A DNA stretch of 64,000 bases, taken from positions 1-64,000 of the forward strand of contig CAVZPM010000038.1 of the NCBI GenBank assembly GCA_963777155.1. Direction: 5' to 3'. Under the pieces are notes generated by a model, which saw only the letters and a program-made list of their open reading frames with translations, had not been told where the DNA came from and did no database searches. Made by a program: the position numbers and the translations under genes. This document shows, piece after piece, positions 32,622-42,762 of this stretch. The stretch is from Candidatus Bathyarchaeota archaeon. Its GTDB lineage: Archaea > Thermoproteota > Bathyarchaeia > Bathyarchaeales > Bathycorpusculaceae. How positions within the stretch are numbered: the stretch's first letter is position 1; every line of letters starts with the position of its first letter.

Positions 32622-35324
32622 TTATGGCCGTTTTCTCATCATTACTACAGCTAGCATAACTAGCACTATAATGATTAAGACAAACAGACCAGCAGTTGCC
32701 GGTAGGAAGTATTGATCAGCCATAGATTGAGCCTGTGTTGGTTGCGGTGTTGCTGTTGCTGCTGGTGTTGCTGCGTAGAATGAGGTTGAGGCTGATGTTG
32801 GCCAGTATGAGTTAGAGCCATCGAAACTGGCGAAGAGTGTATAGTCGCCTGAGATGTCTGGTGTCCATGTGTAACCGAATGTTCCACTAGGAGTACTTAC
32901 TGTGGTGCCGATTGCTCGGTAGTTGCCGTTTTGGTCAAGAACGCTCAGTGTGATCGGAACGCCTGTTACGTCGGTTGGCATCGGCTGGTCCTGATAGACA
33001 TGCTCCATAAATTTGCTCTGGCTTGCATCTGAGATGCATGGTACGCCGTTGGGGAAGTTCTTGGCAACTTCAGATTGTGCAACGCCTGCTGAAACATCGG
33101 TTATGCTGCCTGTGATGCGTATCGGTGTGCCAGTGGTTACTCCAAGGTCAGGAGCATTAACTGTTATCTTTGTGGGTCCCTTGCCGAAAGCGTAAATTTG
33201 GTTGTCGTAGGCATTTAGTGATAGTAAGACGCCGTTTGCGATTGCTACTGAGCGGATGTAGGCGCCCAGTTCGCCCCAAGCCAGTGAGCCGTCGGTCATG
33301 TTTATAGCTAATAGTTGTCCTCCGTGGAAGAGTGGCGGGTTGTATTCGTGTCCGATTGCTATGTATGCGACTTCTGGTGTGTAGGCTTGCGAGCTGAAGA
33401 CCCAGAGTGGCCAGGTGCCGTATGGTGTTTCTATGCCTGAGTCGCCGATTAAGCTGGTGGTGTTGGTGTACCACTTTTCTTGGCCAGTTTTTCCGTTGTA
33501 TGCCCAGATGTCTCCTCCTAAACCGAAGAGAATAAGTGTGCCGTTAACTGGTGCGGCTTTAAAGCCAAATGTGTCGAAGGTGTTTGTGGTGCCGGAGGGA
33601 GTATCGAGGGTTGATGACCATGCTTTCTGTCCTGTGCGGATATCGAAGGCGTCAATTTTGTTGTTAACCACGTTGGCTATCACTCTGTTGCCGTCGATGT
33701 TGCAGCTGGTTGTTCTAGTGTAGGGTAGCAGGGATTGGTAGCCATCTGCGTATGTGAAGTTCTTGCACATCAAGATGTCGCCTGTTGTGTCATCCATGCT
33801 AGCTACTACTAGCCAACCGGATGTTTCGTCTCCGCCGCCTTGCATGATGGTGTATCCGCCTGTAAGAACTACTGCGTCGCCGCCGAGTGGGTTGATTGCA
33901 TCCATAGCGAGTGCTGGGCTGATCGTTTTGCCGTCGATTTGAGTGGGTACTGGTTTTGCCCACATGACACCTGTACCGAAGTCAATTGCGGTGTTCTTTG
34001 ATGGAGACCATCCCCATGAATTACCTAACGCCTGCGAGAAGTTGAAGCAGCACAGGACTGGGTGGCCTGCAGTGATGTTCACTACGCCTGTAACAGGTGA
34101 AGAACCAAATGTCGGGGCAGGACCGTATGTTCTCATTGTGCCAACAGTACTGTTGAGATAGTAGCCAATCAGGTCTCCCTGAGAATCTTCCTTCAGCGTT
34201 AATGACGAGCCGTTAACTATGCTTAGCACATACTGGCCAGTCTCAGCAGAGTATAGGTTGTACGCTGTGCGCCCTCCTGTACTTTGGATCAGGTTTCCAC
34301 CGGTTTCTGATGTAGGAAGGTTACCTGTAGTCCAGATGTATGGGCCGATTACGCCATACATGTTTATGGTCTTCCACTGGGTGGTCATTCCGCATCTTAG
34401 GATCGAGGTTGTGTTGATTGTCCATAGGGTTTCGCCTGTGTAGAGATCTGTGCAGACTATGCCGTTTGAGTAGCCTGTGGTTTCTGGGTAGTATGTCGAG
34501 TACATTTTCCCATTCATGATTACTGGTGCATATTGTGGCCAGTATTGTCTTGTTGACCAGTAGCTGCCTGTGTCTTCGGTTCCGCCTGCGCTGCCGCCTA
34601 CGACGCCACCTGCGCCCCAGGTTTTAGTCCAGAGGATGTGTCCGGATGTTACTGATGGGGTGTAGGGGTTGCATAAGCTGCTGACGTTGTATGCTCCTGT
34701 TGAGGCAAAGGTTATGGTGCCGAGTCCAAGCCAGGGTCCCATTATCTTGTACCAGTTTTGGACGTTTTGAGCTGATACTGGTGTTTCCCAGTAACTTGTT
34801 GGTAGGGGAGTTAATGGGTATGTTGTTTGGATTATGGGTTCTTGTTGAACGACAAGTGTATATACTGTGCTTATGCTGGGGTCTTCTATGAGTCCTCCAT
34901 TAGTTGGTGGTCCTCCTCCGAATCCTGAACTGCCTGCGGTGACTTGTCCGCCGTAGAACATTTGGAATGCCCAGTTGCCGATTTTGTCGGGGACGAAGCT
35001 GAGGAAGGTTCCTCCAGTTGTATCGCCTGTATATGGACCCATTGTTTTTACTTGACCCGTTGGATCAGTGATTTTGACTGTCATGTTTACTGGGCGGCTG
35101 CTGTCTATGAGTGGTGTCGCAAGGTAAAAGTTGACGCTGACTGCCTGTCCGACGCCGATTGGGTTGGGTGCTACGTTGATTTTTGCGTAGGTTGGTATGT
35201 GCGTGCCAGCTGGAATACTTTGCTGGCCGCTTGCCAATGGTAATGGTACTGAAAATATAGAAGCTACAACACAGATGATTAAAAATGCAGTCATTGTTGC
35301 TAAAGTTATTTTAGTGTTTTTCAA
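32622..35324 (-). CDS. Large secreted PQQ-like beta-propeller surface protein with C-terminal TM anchor
   Basis: Signal peptide, repeated D/N-xx-TG-xxx-W motifs, Thr/Pro stalk, TM, MMRKRP terminus. Confidence 0.88.
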   Translation of the reverse strand: MKNTKITLATMTAFLIICVVASIFSVPLPLASGQQSIPAGTHIPTYAKINVAPNPIGVGQAVSVNFYLATPLIDSSRPVNMTVKITDPTGQVKTMGPYTGDTTGGTFLSFVPDKIGNWAFQMFYGGQVTAGSSGFGGGPPTNGGLIEDPSISTVYTLVVQQEPIIQTTYPLTPLPTSYWETPVSAQNVQNWYKIMGPWLGLGTITFASTGAYNVSSLCNPYTPSVTSGHILWTKTWGAGGVVGGSAGGTEDTGSYWSTRQYWPQYAPVIMNGKMYSTYYPETTGYSNGIVCTDLYTGETLWTINTTSILRCGMTTQWKTINMYGVIGPYIWTTGNLPTSETGGNLIQSTGGRTAYNLYSAETGQYVLSIVNGSSLTLKEDSQGDLIGYYLNSTVGTMRTYGPAPTFGSSPVTGVVNITAGHPVLCCFNFSQALGNSWGWSPSKNTAIDFGTGVMWAKPVPTQIDGKTISPALAMDAINPLGGDAVVLTGGYTIMQGGGDETSGWLVVASMDDTTGDILMCKNFTYADGYQSLLPYTRTTSCNIDGNRVIANVVNNKIDAFDIRTGQKAWSSTLDTPSGTTNTFDTFGFKAAPVNGTLILFGLGGDIWAYNGKTGQEKWYTNTTSLIGDSGIETPYGTWPLWVFSSQAYTPEVAYIAIGHEYNPPLFHGGQLLAINMTDGSLAWGELGAYIRSVAIANGVLLSLNAYDNQIYAFGKGPTKITVNAPDLGVTTGTPIRITGSITDVSAGVAQSEVAKNFPNGVPCISDASQSKFMEHVYQDQPMPTDVTGVPITLSVLDQNGNYRAIGTTVSTPSGTFGYTWTPDISGDYTLFASFDGSNSYWPTSASTSFYAATPAATATPQPTQAQSMADQYFLPATAGLFVLIIIVLVMLAVVMMRKRP

Positions 35325-35628
35325 TTTTGTTTTTCTCCTTAATTCTGTAGTTTTGCTTCTCTGATTTTTGAGTATTTATGTTTTGGCAAAATATCAAAAA
35401 TATTGACATAAATTTCAGTATTTTGGCATTAATTCCGAAAATATCACCATAATTTTTGTATTCATAAAAACATTACAAGTCACAGTGCAAGGTAATCCAA
35501 AATCTTCAATCTGATTTAATTACGAAGAAATAAAGTCTTCAAAACGGTATTAATTTGGAAAAATTAATTTAGGTTACCCCCGATGATATTAAAAGCTGAA
35601 CCCCAAACTACACGAATCATCAACTCGG

Positions 35629-36607
35629 ATGGATAATAATAGATAAAGAAATTGACGAGATTGACGCTAGAATAATAGAAAATCTACTGGCAGATGCAAG
35701 AAAAAGTTTTCGTGAAATCGCACAGGACTGTAATTTATCCGTTACAACAATATGGGATCGCTTTGGGAAACTAGCAAATGCAGGAATCATCACCGGTTCA
35801 ACAATTCTAGTAAATCACAGAGTTTTAGGTAGCAAGATGACATGTAGTATTATAGTGGCTGTACATAAAGAGGAAATCAAACAAGTCTTTGAATATTTTC
35901 AAAAACTGCCTTTCAAAATAGGGCTAATATACCAAGATCCAAAAAATCGCATTGGTCTTATTGTTGGTCTGAATCACCCAGATGACCTAGGCAAGTTGAA
36001 AGAAAGCATAAAAAGGAACACTTTTGTTACCGATGTCAGGATTGACGTTTGGACTGGCATCAAGAATCTAATTGCGAATGTGGAGATAGGACAACAAGGT
36101 AATAAAAAAAGAGACATTAAACCATTTGAAAAACATGTCATTGAAGAGTATGATTTAGACGACATTGACCATCGACTGATTGATGCTTTAATTCTGAATA
36201 GTATTCAGCCATTTGGCAAACTTTCAGAACAGATAGGAGTTTCAGTCAACACAGTATCAAGAAGATACAAGAAATTGATCGATTGTGGCGTAATTAAATC
36301 TGCAATTCAAATCAATGTTCTGAAACTTGGCTATTGTGCAAATGTCAGTTTTGCCTTATCTTTTTCGTCCCAAGTTGACCAAAGTGACGCGATAAAAGAA
36401 GTTCTAGCAATAAAAAATAATTACCTTACAATAAAATTAAACGGTCCATACGATTTGATTATTCATGTACTATTAAGAGACCTCAATCAATTACTTCTTA
36501 CCCAGAAACAGATTGCAGATTTACCCGGAATATCAAGGTTTGAAATGCTGATATATCCTGCTATTCCACAGTGGCCCGTCAGCGGCGGTTATATATCGAC
36601 ATTTTAG
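35629..36607 (+). CDS. Lrp/AsnC regulator with two HTH domains (start uncertain; N-terminal HTH lies upstream of the listed ORF)
   Basis: In-frame IDEIDARIIENLLADARKSFREIAQDCNLSVTTIWDRF precedes the 35837 ORF. Second HTH LDDIDHRLI...VSVNTVSRRY. Confidence 0.8.
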
Positions 36608-36857
36608 TTTACCTTCAACCGATTGAAATCTGAGGTAATAATGGTTTTCGAAAATGTGGAATTAATACAGTTACTTACGAATCTAATTCACGATACAAAA
36701 CAGACCCGTGTTTTATCATTAACTTTTTGAACTTTTCCGTTTTTTTAATCATCAAATTATCTGTTTAAGCAATCTTGAACTAAAAGCTAAAAAAATCCTG
36801 GGAGAACTTTCTTTCAAAAGAAAAAAGAGGTAATCTGGTGATATCTCCACTTTGCGA

Positions 36858-36881
36858 GGGGTTCAAATCCCCCCTGTTCAC
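36858..36881 (+). repeat. Degenerate copy of tRNA-Ala 3' end (att-like)
   Basis: ggggttcaaatcccccctgttcac versus tRNA ggggttcaaatcccccccagtccac. Confidence 0.65.
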
Positions 36882-37174
36882 AAGAATAACTCCAGGACAT
36901 TTTGGGATTTATTTTCTTTTTCTGAAAAGCATGTTTTCGCCGGAGTCTACCACTTCACAGAGTATTTAGCCCTATAAGCTTATAGATTCTTTCAAAAAAA
37001 CTTTTGTTATTCTTCTTGCGGCAAGGACCCAATTACTAAGAAAAAGATAATTTGTGAAATGGGAATAAGGGTTAAACAAAAACCAGTAATTAAAATGTTA
37101 TTTCCATAAGTAGAGCCAAAATCAAAAAGAAAAAGGATTTGTTAATTGAGTAAAGATGTTATAAGCTTAAGAGC

Positions 37175-37318
37175 TTAATATCTGCGTGGTGGTCTTCGTT
37201 TTGAGTAGCATTCTCGGCAGTATACTGGCCTGCTTCCGTCTGGTTTGAATGGAACGTCGCATTCTTTTCCGCAGTCTGCGCAGGTTGCCTTGTGCATCTC
37301 TTTATTGCCATATGACAT
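37175..37318 (-). CDS. CxxC-x17-CxxC zinc-binding mini-protein (47 aa), not in ORF track
   Basis: MSYGNKEMHKATCADCGKECDVPFKPDGSRPVYCRECYSKRRPPRRY. Confidence 0.92.
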   Translation of the reverse strand: MSYGNKEMHKATCADCGKECDVPFKPDGSRPVYCRECYSKRRPPRRY

Positions 37319-37580
37319 TTCTATTTTTCACTTCCTTTTACTACTTTGCAAATTCCTCTGCATGCTTGTGTAGCGCGGTGCTTACACTAAAACTTATCCG
37401 TTAAAAAAAAGCTTTCCGAGGTCGTTATTGCTTTCACTCACAAACAACCCCCCAACCGCAAGCCACGAAAACTGTGCGATAATAACCGCAGAGGTAGCGT
37501 GTATTTTCATATTCTTATATCTCGTTAATTATTCCAAAGTTAAAGAAAGAGTTATGCGAGTGAATCCTTTTCTCTGTCCT

Positions 37581-37604
37581 GGTTTCAAATCCCCCAGTCC
37601 GCTT
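37581..37604 (+). repeat. Degenerate copy of tRNA-Ala 3' end (att-like)
   Basis: ggtttcaaatcccccagtccgctt versus tRNA gggttcaaatcccccccagtccactt. Confidence 0.6.
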
Positions 37605-37718
37605 AATTCTTGAAACTATCTGTTAAAATCAGTTGTCTCCCTGGCCATCAATGAGTCGGCGGGGCAACTTCAGGGTTAATTTATTAACGCATTGGAATTG
37701 CAGATTTGCTTGGAAGAA

Positions 37719-38339
37719 TTAAGGAGAGGGAGCGTAGTATGAAATGGGTGTGGCTTGAAACCAAGCATCAGGGTTCTGGAACTTTACAAATGGCACATTG
37801 CTTTCCTGTTTCTTTTCAGCAGTTAATTGATTAATTGTTTGAAGTATCTCAATGTGACGTTCTTCATCTGTAATAATTTTTAAGAATATCTTTTTTATTT
37901 TAGTTAAATCAACAGAATATTTCTCATTTATAAAAGCTGTCATCCTTTCAAGCGTCTGCATTTGTATCAGCATGTAGTATTCTTCGCCCATCTGACTTTC
38001 CAAGGTAATTAGAATTTCACTTATTTTCGGCAAATTCTCTGAGGAGACTTTCTCTATCTTTGCGAGGTCTTTAATGAAATTAGTTATAGTTTTCAGCGTC
38101 GGGTTGTTTTTTTGGCATTCTTTTAGTTTACACTTCGGTTACCTGAAGCTGTTACTTACTCCACTAAGCATAATGGAATGTTTTTGGCTATCTAACTCAA
38201 TTTCTTTTAAGAGTGTTTTTACTAGAGGAATATCAACTTTATCACATAAAGCTCCGTATAGTAAACTAGTCTGGTTCTCTAGGATACTCTGGCAATTTAG
38301 GTATTCCGAAATCTTGTCTGCTTCATTGTTACTCATCAA
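37719..38339 (-). CDS. Ferritin/rubrerythrin-like protein, frameshift near 38140
   Basis: Two halves with E...Y and DSQKH / DEERH di-metal-type motifs. The intervening KECQKNN...LPKISE frame joins them. Confidence 0.7.
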
Positions 38340-38621
38340 TAACTGCTTCCTGAATGTTTAGACCTTTTTTTCCATATATTGTTTATGAACTCTCAATAAG
38401 TAAGTTACGACATTTTCATCTACTCAAGACTGACAGAACTATTCTGTCAGACGAGATTTTATTTTCCACGAGTTTTTACAGCAAAGAAGAACAGGCAACA
38501 AGTTGATCTTTTAACGCACCCTTGCACGCCCTGGCTTTTAATAGAAAAGGGCAAATACAAAGCATCCCTAGATTAATCGAGTAATTAATGCTACATAGAC
38601 GCGTCGGTGATAGGTGAAAAG

Positions 38622-39503
38622 ATGAAAATAGTTAAGTATCAATACAAAGGCAAAGAAAACTATGGCATCATACAGTCTGAGAAGCTTATGTGTCTTACTG
38701 ATTTAGCCAAAAACTATGAAATCGATTTGCCTAACACAATTGAAGATTTTATCAAAAGTCCAACAGCTGAGAAAAATGCAGACAGAATACTTGCGGAAAC
38801 GACAAGCAGTGAACTCGATGCATTTTCTATACCTACAAGTAAGACAAAACTTCTGACGCCAATAATTTCTCCACCCAAAATACTCTGTTTAGGTCTAAAC
38901 TATGCTAGTCATGTGAATGAAACAAAAGAAAAAAGACCTGAGCAGCCAGTTGTTTTCATGAAACCAAATACAACTGTAATTGGACCCAATGACAAAATAA
39001 TCAAACGCCCTTTTGTGGAACAACTCGACTATGAAGCTGAACTTGCAATAGTCATAGGCAAGCAAGCTAAAGATATCGCCATTTCGGAGGCGCCTAACTA
39101 TGTTTTTGGCTACACTATACTAAACGATGTTTCAGCTCGGGATTTCCAGTTTAAAGGGAGCCAATGGACCCCTGGTAAAAGCTTCGATACTTTTGCACCT
39201 ATCGGTCCTTGCATAACCACAAGAAAGCAAGTGCCCAACATTAACAACCTTGCAATCAAGACATGGGTAAATGGAGAATTGCGCCAAGACGGTAACACGC
39301 GGGATATGATTTTTAGCGTTAGCGAAATAATCTACCATTTAAGCCGAATCATGACGTTAAAACCATGCGACATAATCGCAACAGGTACCCCATCTGGTGT
39401 AGGAATGGCTATGCGACCGCAAAAATGGCTAAACAGCAACGACAAAGTTAAGATAGAAATTGAAGGTATAGGTATTTTAGATAACACCGTTGAAGAGAAA
39501 TAG
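38622..39503 (+). CDS. Fumarylacetoacetate hydrolase family protein
   Basis: CLGLNYASH, DYEAEL, NDVSARD, GKSFDTF, TGTPSGVG. Confidence 0.93.
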   Translation: MKIVKYQYKGKENYGIIQSEKLMCLTDLAKNYEIDLPNTIEDFIKSPTAEKNADRILAETTSSELDAFSIPTSKTKLLTPIISPPKILCLGLNYASHVNETKEKRPEQPVVFMKPNTTVIGPNDKIIKRPFVEQLDYEAELAIVIGKQAKDIAISEAPNYVFGYTILNDVSARDFQFKGSQWTPGKSFDTFAPIGPCITTRKQVPNINNLAIKTWVNGELRQDGNTRDMIFSVSEIIYHLSRIMTLKPCDIIATGTPSGVGMAMRPQKWLNSNDKVKIEIEGIGILDNTVEEK

Positions 39504-39647
39504 GCTTACTTGTCGGATAGTTCTGGGATCTGCTGAGTCAACAAAGAACAGTTTACAGAAATACTCTGCTGATAATTAACCAGTTTAACTGATACGGTTA
39601 GGTTATTAAGGGAGAAATCGCTTAGTTTAAATCCAGGTGATTTTCTT

Positions 39648-39977
39648 TTGGTTTTAGCAAGAATGAGTAAATGGACTTTTAAAAAAGATAAACGGAAAGA
39701 AGCTTTCTTAGAGCTAGACCATTTGTTAAATACTTTAGTCCATCAAACTGAGGGATTTCGAGGCTCCATGGCGATGCTTTCTCAAGATTTGAACTCTGCA
39801 ACAATCTTAACTCTATGGGTAGACATAGAGGCATTAAACAGATCAGAAAAAGACGTATTCAAGCAAGCCATCAAAAAAGTCCAAGATCTACTTGAGTGCC
39901 CTCCACAAATTGATAACTTCATGATTTTCCGAACAGAGCTCTTTCAAAGTTCACAATGGCCTACTCACTGGGGTTAA
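39648..39977 (+). CDS. ABM-like (antibiotic biosynthesis monooxygenase fold) small protein
   Basis: TEGFRG...LTLW pattern; GGTGA RBS upstream. Confidence 0.6.
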   Translation: MVLARMSKWTFKKDKRKEAFLELDHLLNTLVHQTEGFRGSMAMLSQDLNSATILTLWVDIEALNRSEKDVFKQAIKKVQDLLECPPQIDNFMIFRTELFQSSQWPTHWG

Positions 39978-40191
39978 TTAGCACAGAACATTTCGACATA
40001 GCACCGTTTAGATACAGTCAGCAACAAAGTCGCAGATAGTCTGCTAAACCAAGAGCCTTTCATTCAACTCTCCACACCTGCTTCCGATTATTCTTAAAAT
40101 TCAATCGATAATTAGAATTGATTTGAAAAACAAGACGAATTGTTGTTCTAAAAGAGCTAAAAAGAAGAATGGGATTGTTTTGATTTTAGCC

Positions 40192-40365
40192 TTATGGGTG
40201 TTTCCTGAGGAGTAACACTGTCGCCACGGCAACTGCTAGAATGATTGCGATTGCCGCGATTGCTGTGTAGGTCATCAAGTCTGTTGTAGTTGCTATATTT
40301 GATATTGGAGTGGCTGTTGGCGCTGGAGTAACTGATTCGCTGACGTGGAAGGATGTTTCAGCAGC
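40192..40365 (-). pseudogene. C-terminal remnant of a beta-propeller surface-protein paralog
   Basis: AAETSFHVSESVTPAPTATP...YTAIAAIAIILAVAVATVLLLRKHP* resembles the tails of the 32622 and 58094 genes. No in-frame start. Confidence 0.7.
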
Positions 40366-40797
40366 TTTTTTTCAAGGACAAAATTTGTGAAATAAACTTA
40401 AAACAAATGGATTGAATAACTAAGAAAATGAAGTAGGGATTTTTATTTGAAATTTTTGTAAGCGCTTCTGGATCATAATTACTAATTTAACACTGGCAAT
40501 TGCTATTCAAAAATTTTTGCCAATACCTTATGTGAAATACACTTCAGTTGGTGGAAGCACAGTTAATGGATATGGTGAATCTGTTGGATCTACTGGGTTA
40601 TAACAAAGGATGCTTCAGCGGGTGATAGCCAATATGATTTGCTAACGCTAAATATCGCATATACCAAGTATATCTGTTGTTATTGATAGCTGTAGTGTCA
40701 ATTTGCACGGTTGTTGCAGTATCAAAGATGGTACTGTGATAAAGAGAAAAGATATGTTAGGTTTTTTCGGTTTAAGTAGCGTTAAAAAAATAAAGAG

Positions 40798-40866
40798 CTA
40801 CTTCTTTCCGGTTTTTTCTTCGTGTTTTTTCTTTTTTGCTGCATTCTTTTTTGCTAACGATGGCAT
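40798..40866 (-). CDS. 22-aa lysine-rich mini-protein
   Basis: MPSLAKKNAAKKKKHEEKTGKK*, with a GAGG RBS upstream and a T-rich tract downstream. Confidence 0.5.
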   Translation of the reverse strand: MPSLAKKNAAKKKKHEEKTGKK

Positions 40867-40999
40867 AATATTCCTCAGTTAATTCCTTGCTACATTATTA
40901 TGCAGTAAAGCGCCTAAAAGCTTAACTATCAAAAAAACAGGTAGATGAATTAAATTATATATAATGGATCATACAGTTTCATGAAAAGCATAGTTAACT

Positions 41000-41452
41000 G
41001 TGATTTGGGGGAGAAATTGGTTGGATGAAATCTTAGAAATGCTAGATAAAACAGCAAAGCGTATACAGAAAGACGCGGACGAAACCAAAGAAGCCACTGC
41101 AAAACAAACAGCTATTTATGAGGGTCTTCTTGTTTCACCACTGGCGTCTCAAGAACAAAAATTAAGAGCGTTCATTGGAAAAACACTTGAATTAGACCGA
41201 TTAGAACGGCTGAATTCTCAATTAAGCCTGCTCTATACGTTGCAGATCTTCGCGTTCAAAGTTAAAGTGATTGAAGTTTCAGTTTGCAAAATAAATGAGC
41301 AACTTGTAAAATCTGGGGTTTTACAGAAGAGCGGCGAAGTAGAAGACATAAAGAAGAATATTGATGCCCTCAAAATCCTAATCGAAGCCCACTACGAGTC
41401 GATGAAAGAAATAAACGAAACACAGAACAAAAACTTGGGTTATATTCAATAA
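41000..41452 (+). CDS. Hypothetical coiled-coil protein
   Basis: 150-aa helical ORF. The start may be TTG at 41021. Confidence 0.75.
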   Translation: MIWGRNWLDEILEMLDKTAKRIQKDADETKEATAKQTAIYEGLLVSPLASQEQKLRAFIGKTLELDRLERLNSQLSLLYTLQIFAFKVKVIEVSVCKINEQLVKSGVLQKSGEVEDIKKNIDALKILIEAHYESMKEINETQNKNLGYIQ

Positions 41453-41486
41453 AATAAATTAAATAAAAAGGGCAGCCTGGTGGTCT

Positions 41487-42453
41487 TCACCACTCTTCAG
41501 GTTTTTTCTGCCTGCAACAGTTTAGCTTTTTTAGAAGAGTTTTTCCCAGCTTGTGACTAGGTCGAGAACTTCTTGACCTGCTTTTCCGCCGTAACTCTTC
41601 AGGCGTTCGCGTGTGTCTTTTTCTGCAATTGCTGTCTTTCTGGAATTCTTGCATTTGTGCTGCTTTGTCTGTGAGGTATAGGAGGCCGTCTACGCCTGCG
41701 CGTGCCATGCGGACTGAGACTGTTAAGAGTTCACTTGCGGTTGGTGTTTCTTTTGGATCGTCGCCGGGCCCGATGACGTAGAGTGCAATGTTTAGTTTGA
41801 CGTCTTTGAAGAGTTTCTTGAAGTTGCGTGTAAGCATTTCCCAGTACCATGGTGTAGCGTAGTTCTTGCTGAACATTACAACGAACATTTCGGTTGTGAG
41901 TGGTAGCATGTCGTCGAAGTTGACGCCGAAGCGTTCATAGTTTGTAACAGGGTCTGGTAGGACACCGATGTAGAATGGTTTCTTTGCTTTGTTGATATAC
42001 GCGTCGCTTACTTGTGCCATGTAGTCTGTGACTTCTTTGCGTCTCCATTCATACCATGATAAGTCCGCTTTTTGCGTGTAGTTCTTTGCATCGTGGGCAT
42101 GTGCAGTGGCCGTGTTCTGCGAAGTGGATGCTGTTTAGCCAGATGCCTTGGCTTTTGCGTGCGACGTCTTCCATGTAGTCGAGTTGTTCTGCTCGGTGTT
42201 CTGGTTGTGTTGCGCAGAGGACTTCCCAGCGTACGTTGTAGTTGTCGTTGGTTCTCCATGCGGGTCCCAGGTCGGATTGGCTGATCCAGTCTGGGTGAAT
42301 GCGGGCGGTTACGTTGTCTCCGAAAATTGCGATGTTGCTGTGCATGTCAGCTTTTGGCGGCATTCGTCTGCCTACTTCAGGTTTTACTCGGAAAAGGTCA
42401 TAGTCGAAGCCTGGAACTTTCTTTGCTTCAAACATGTATGTGCCGAATTTCAT
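41487..42453 (-). CDS. Hypothetical protein (possible TIM-barrel/GH-like), frameshifted
   Basis: ORFs 42049-42453 and 41487-42020 read as one gene: HPDW, IWLNSIHFAEHGHCTCPRC, FGVNFD, VMFSKNY. Confidence 0.65.
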
Positions 42454-42762
42454 CTTACTTCTACCTTTTTAGAAACCAAAACGTTCGGCGCTGTTATAAA
42501 GTTTTGCATAATAAGACTAAAATAATTTTCAGAACCTAAATCGGTGTTTCGCGATTGCTTAATTTGCAGTATTGCATGGAGTGTTATGATTAATACACTG
42601 AAATTCAAGAATACTAGAGCCCACTGAAAATAGAGATAGACAACCTCTCCTTTGAGGAGTTTGTAAAAAGATTACTAGTATCCTTCAAATAATATATTGC
42701 CTGAAAAAGTCAGGTATATTCTTATCAGCTTGACGTGCAATATAGAAAATGAGGCTAAACTG

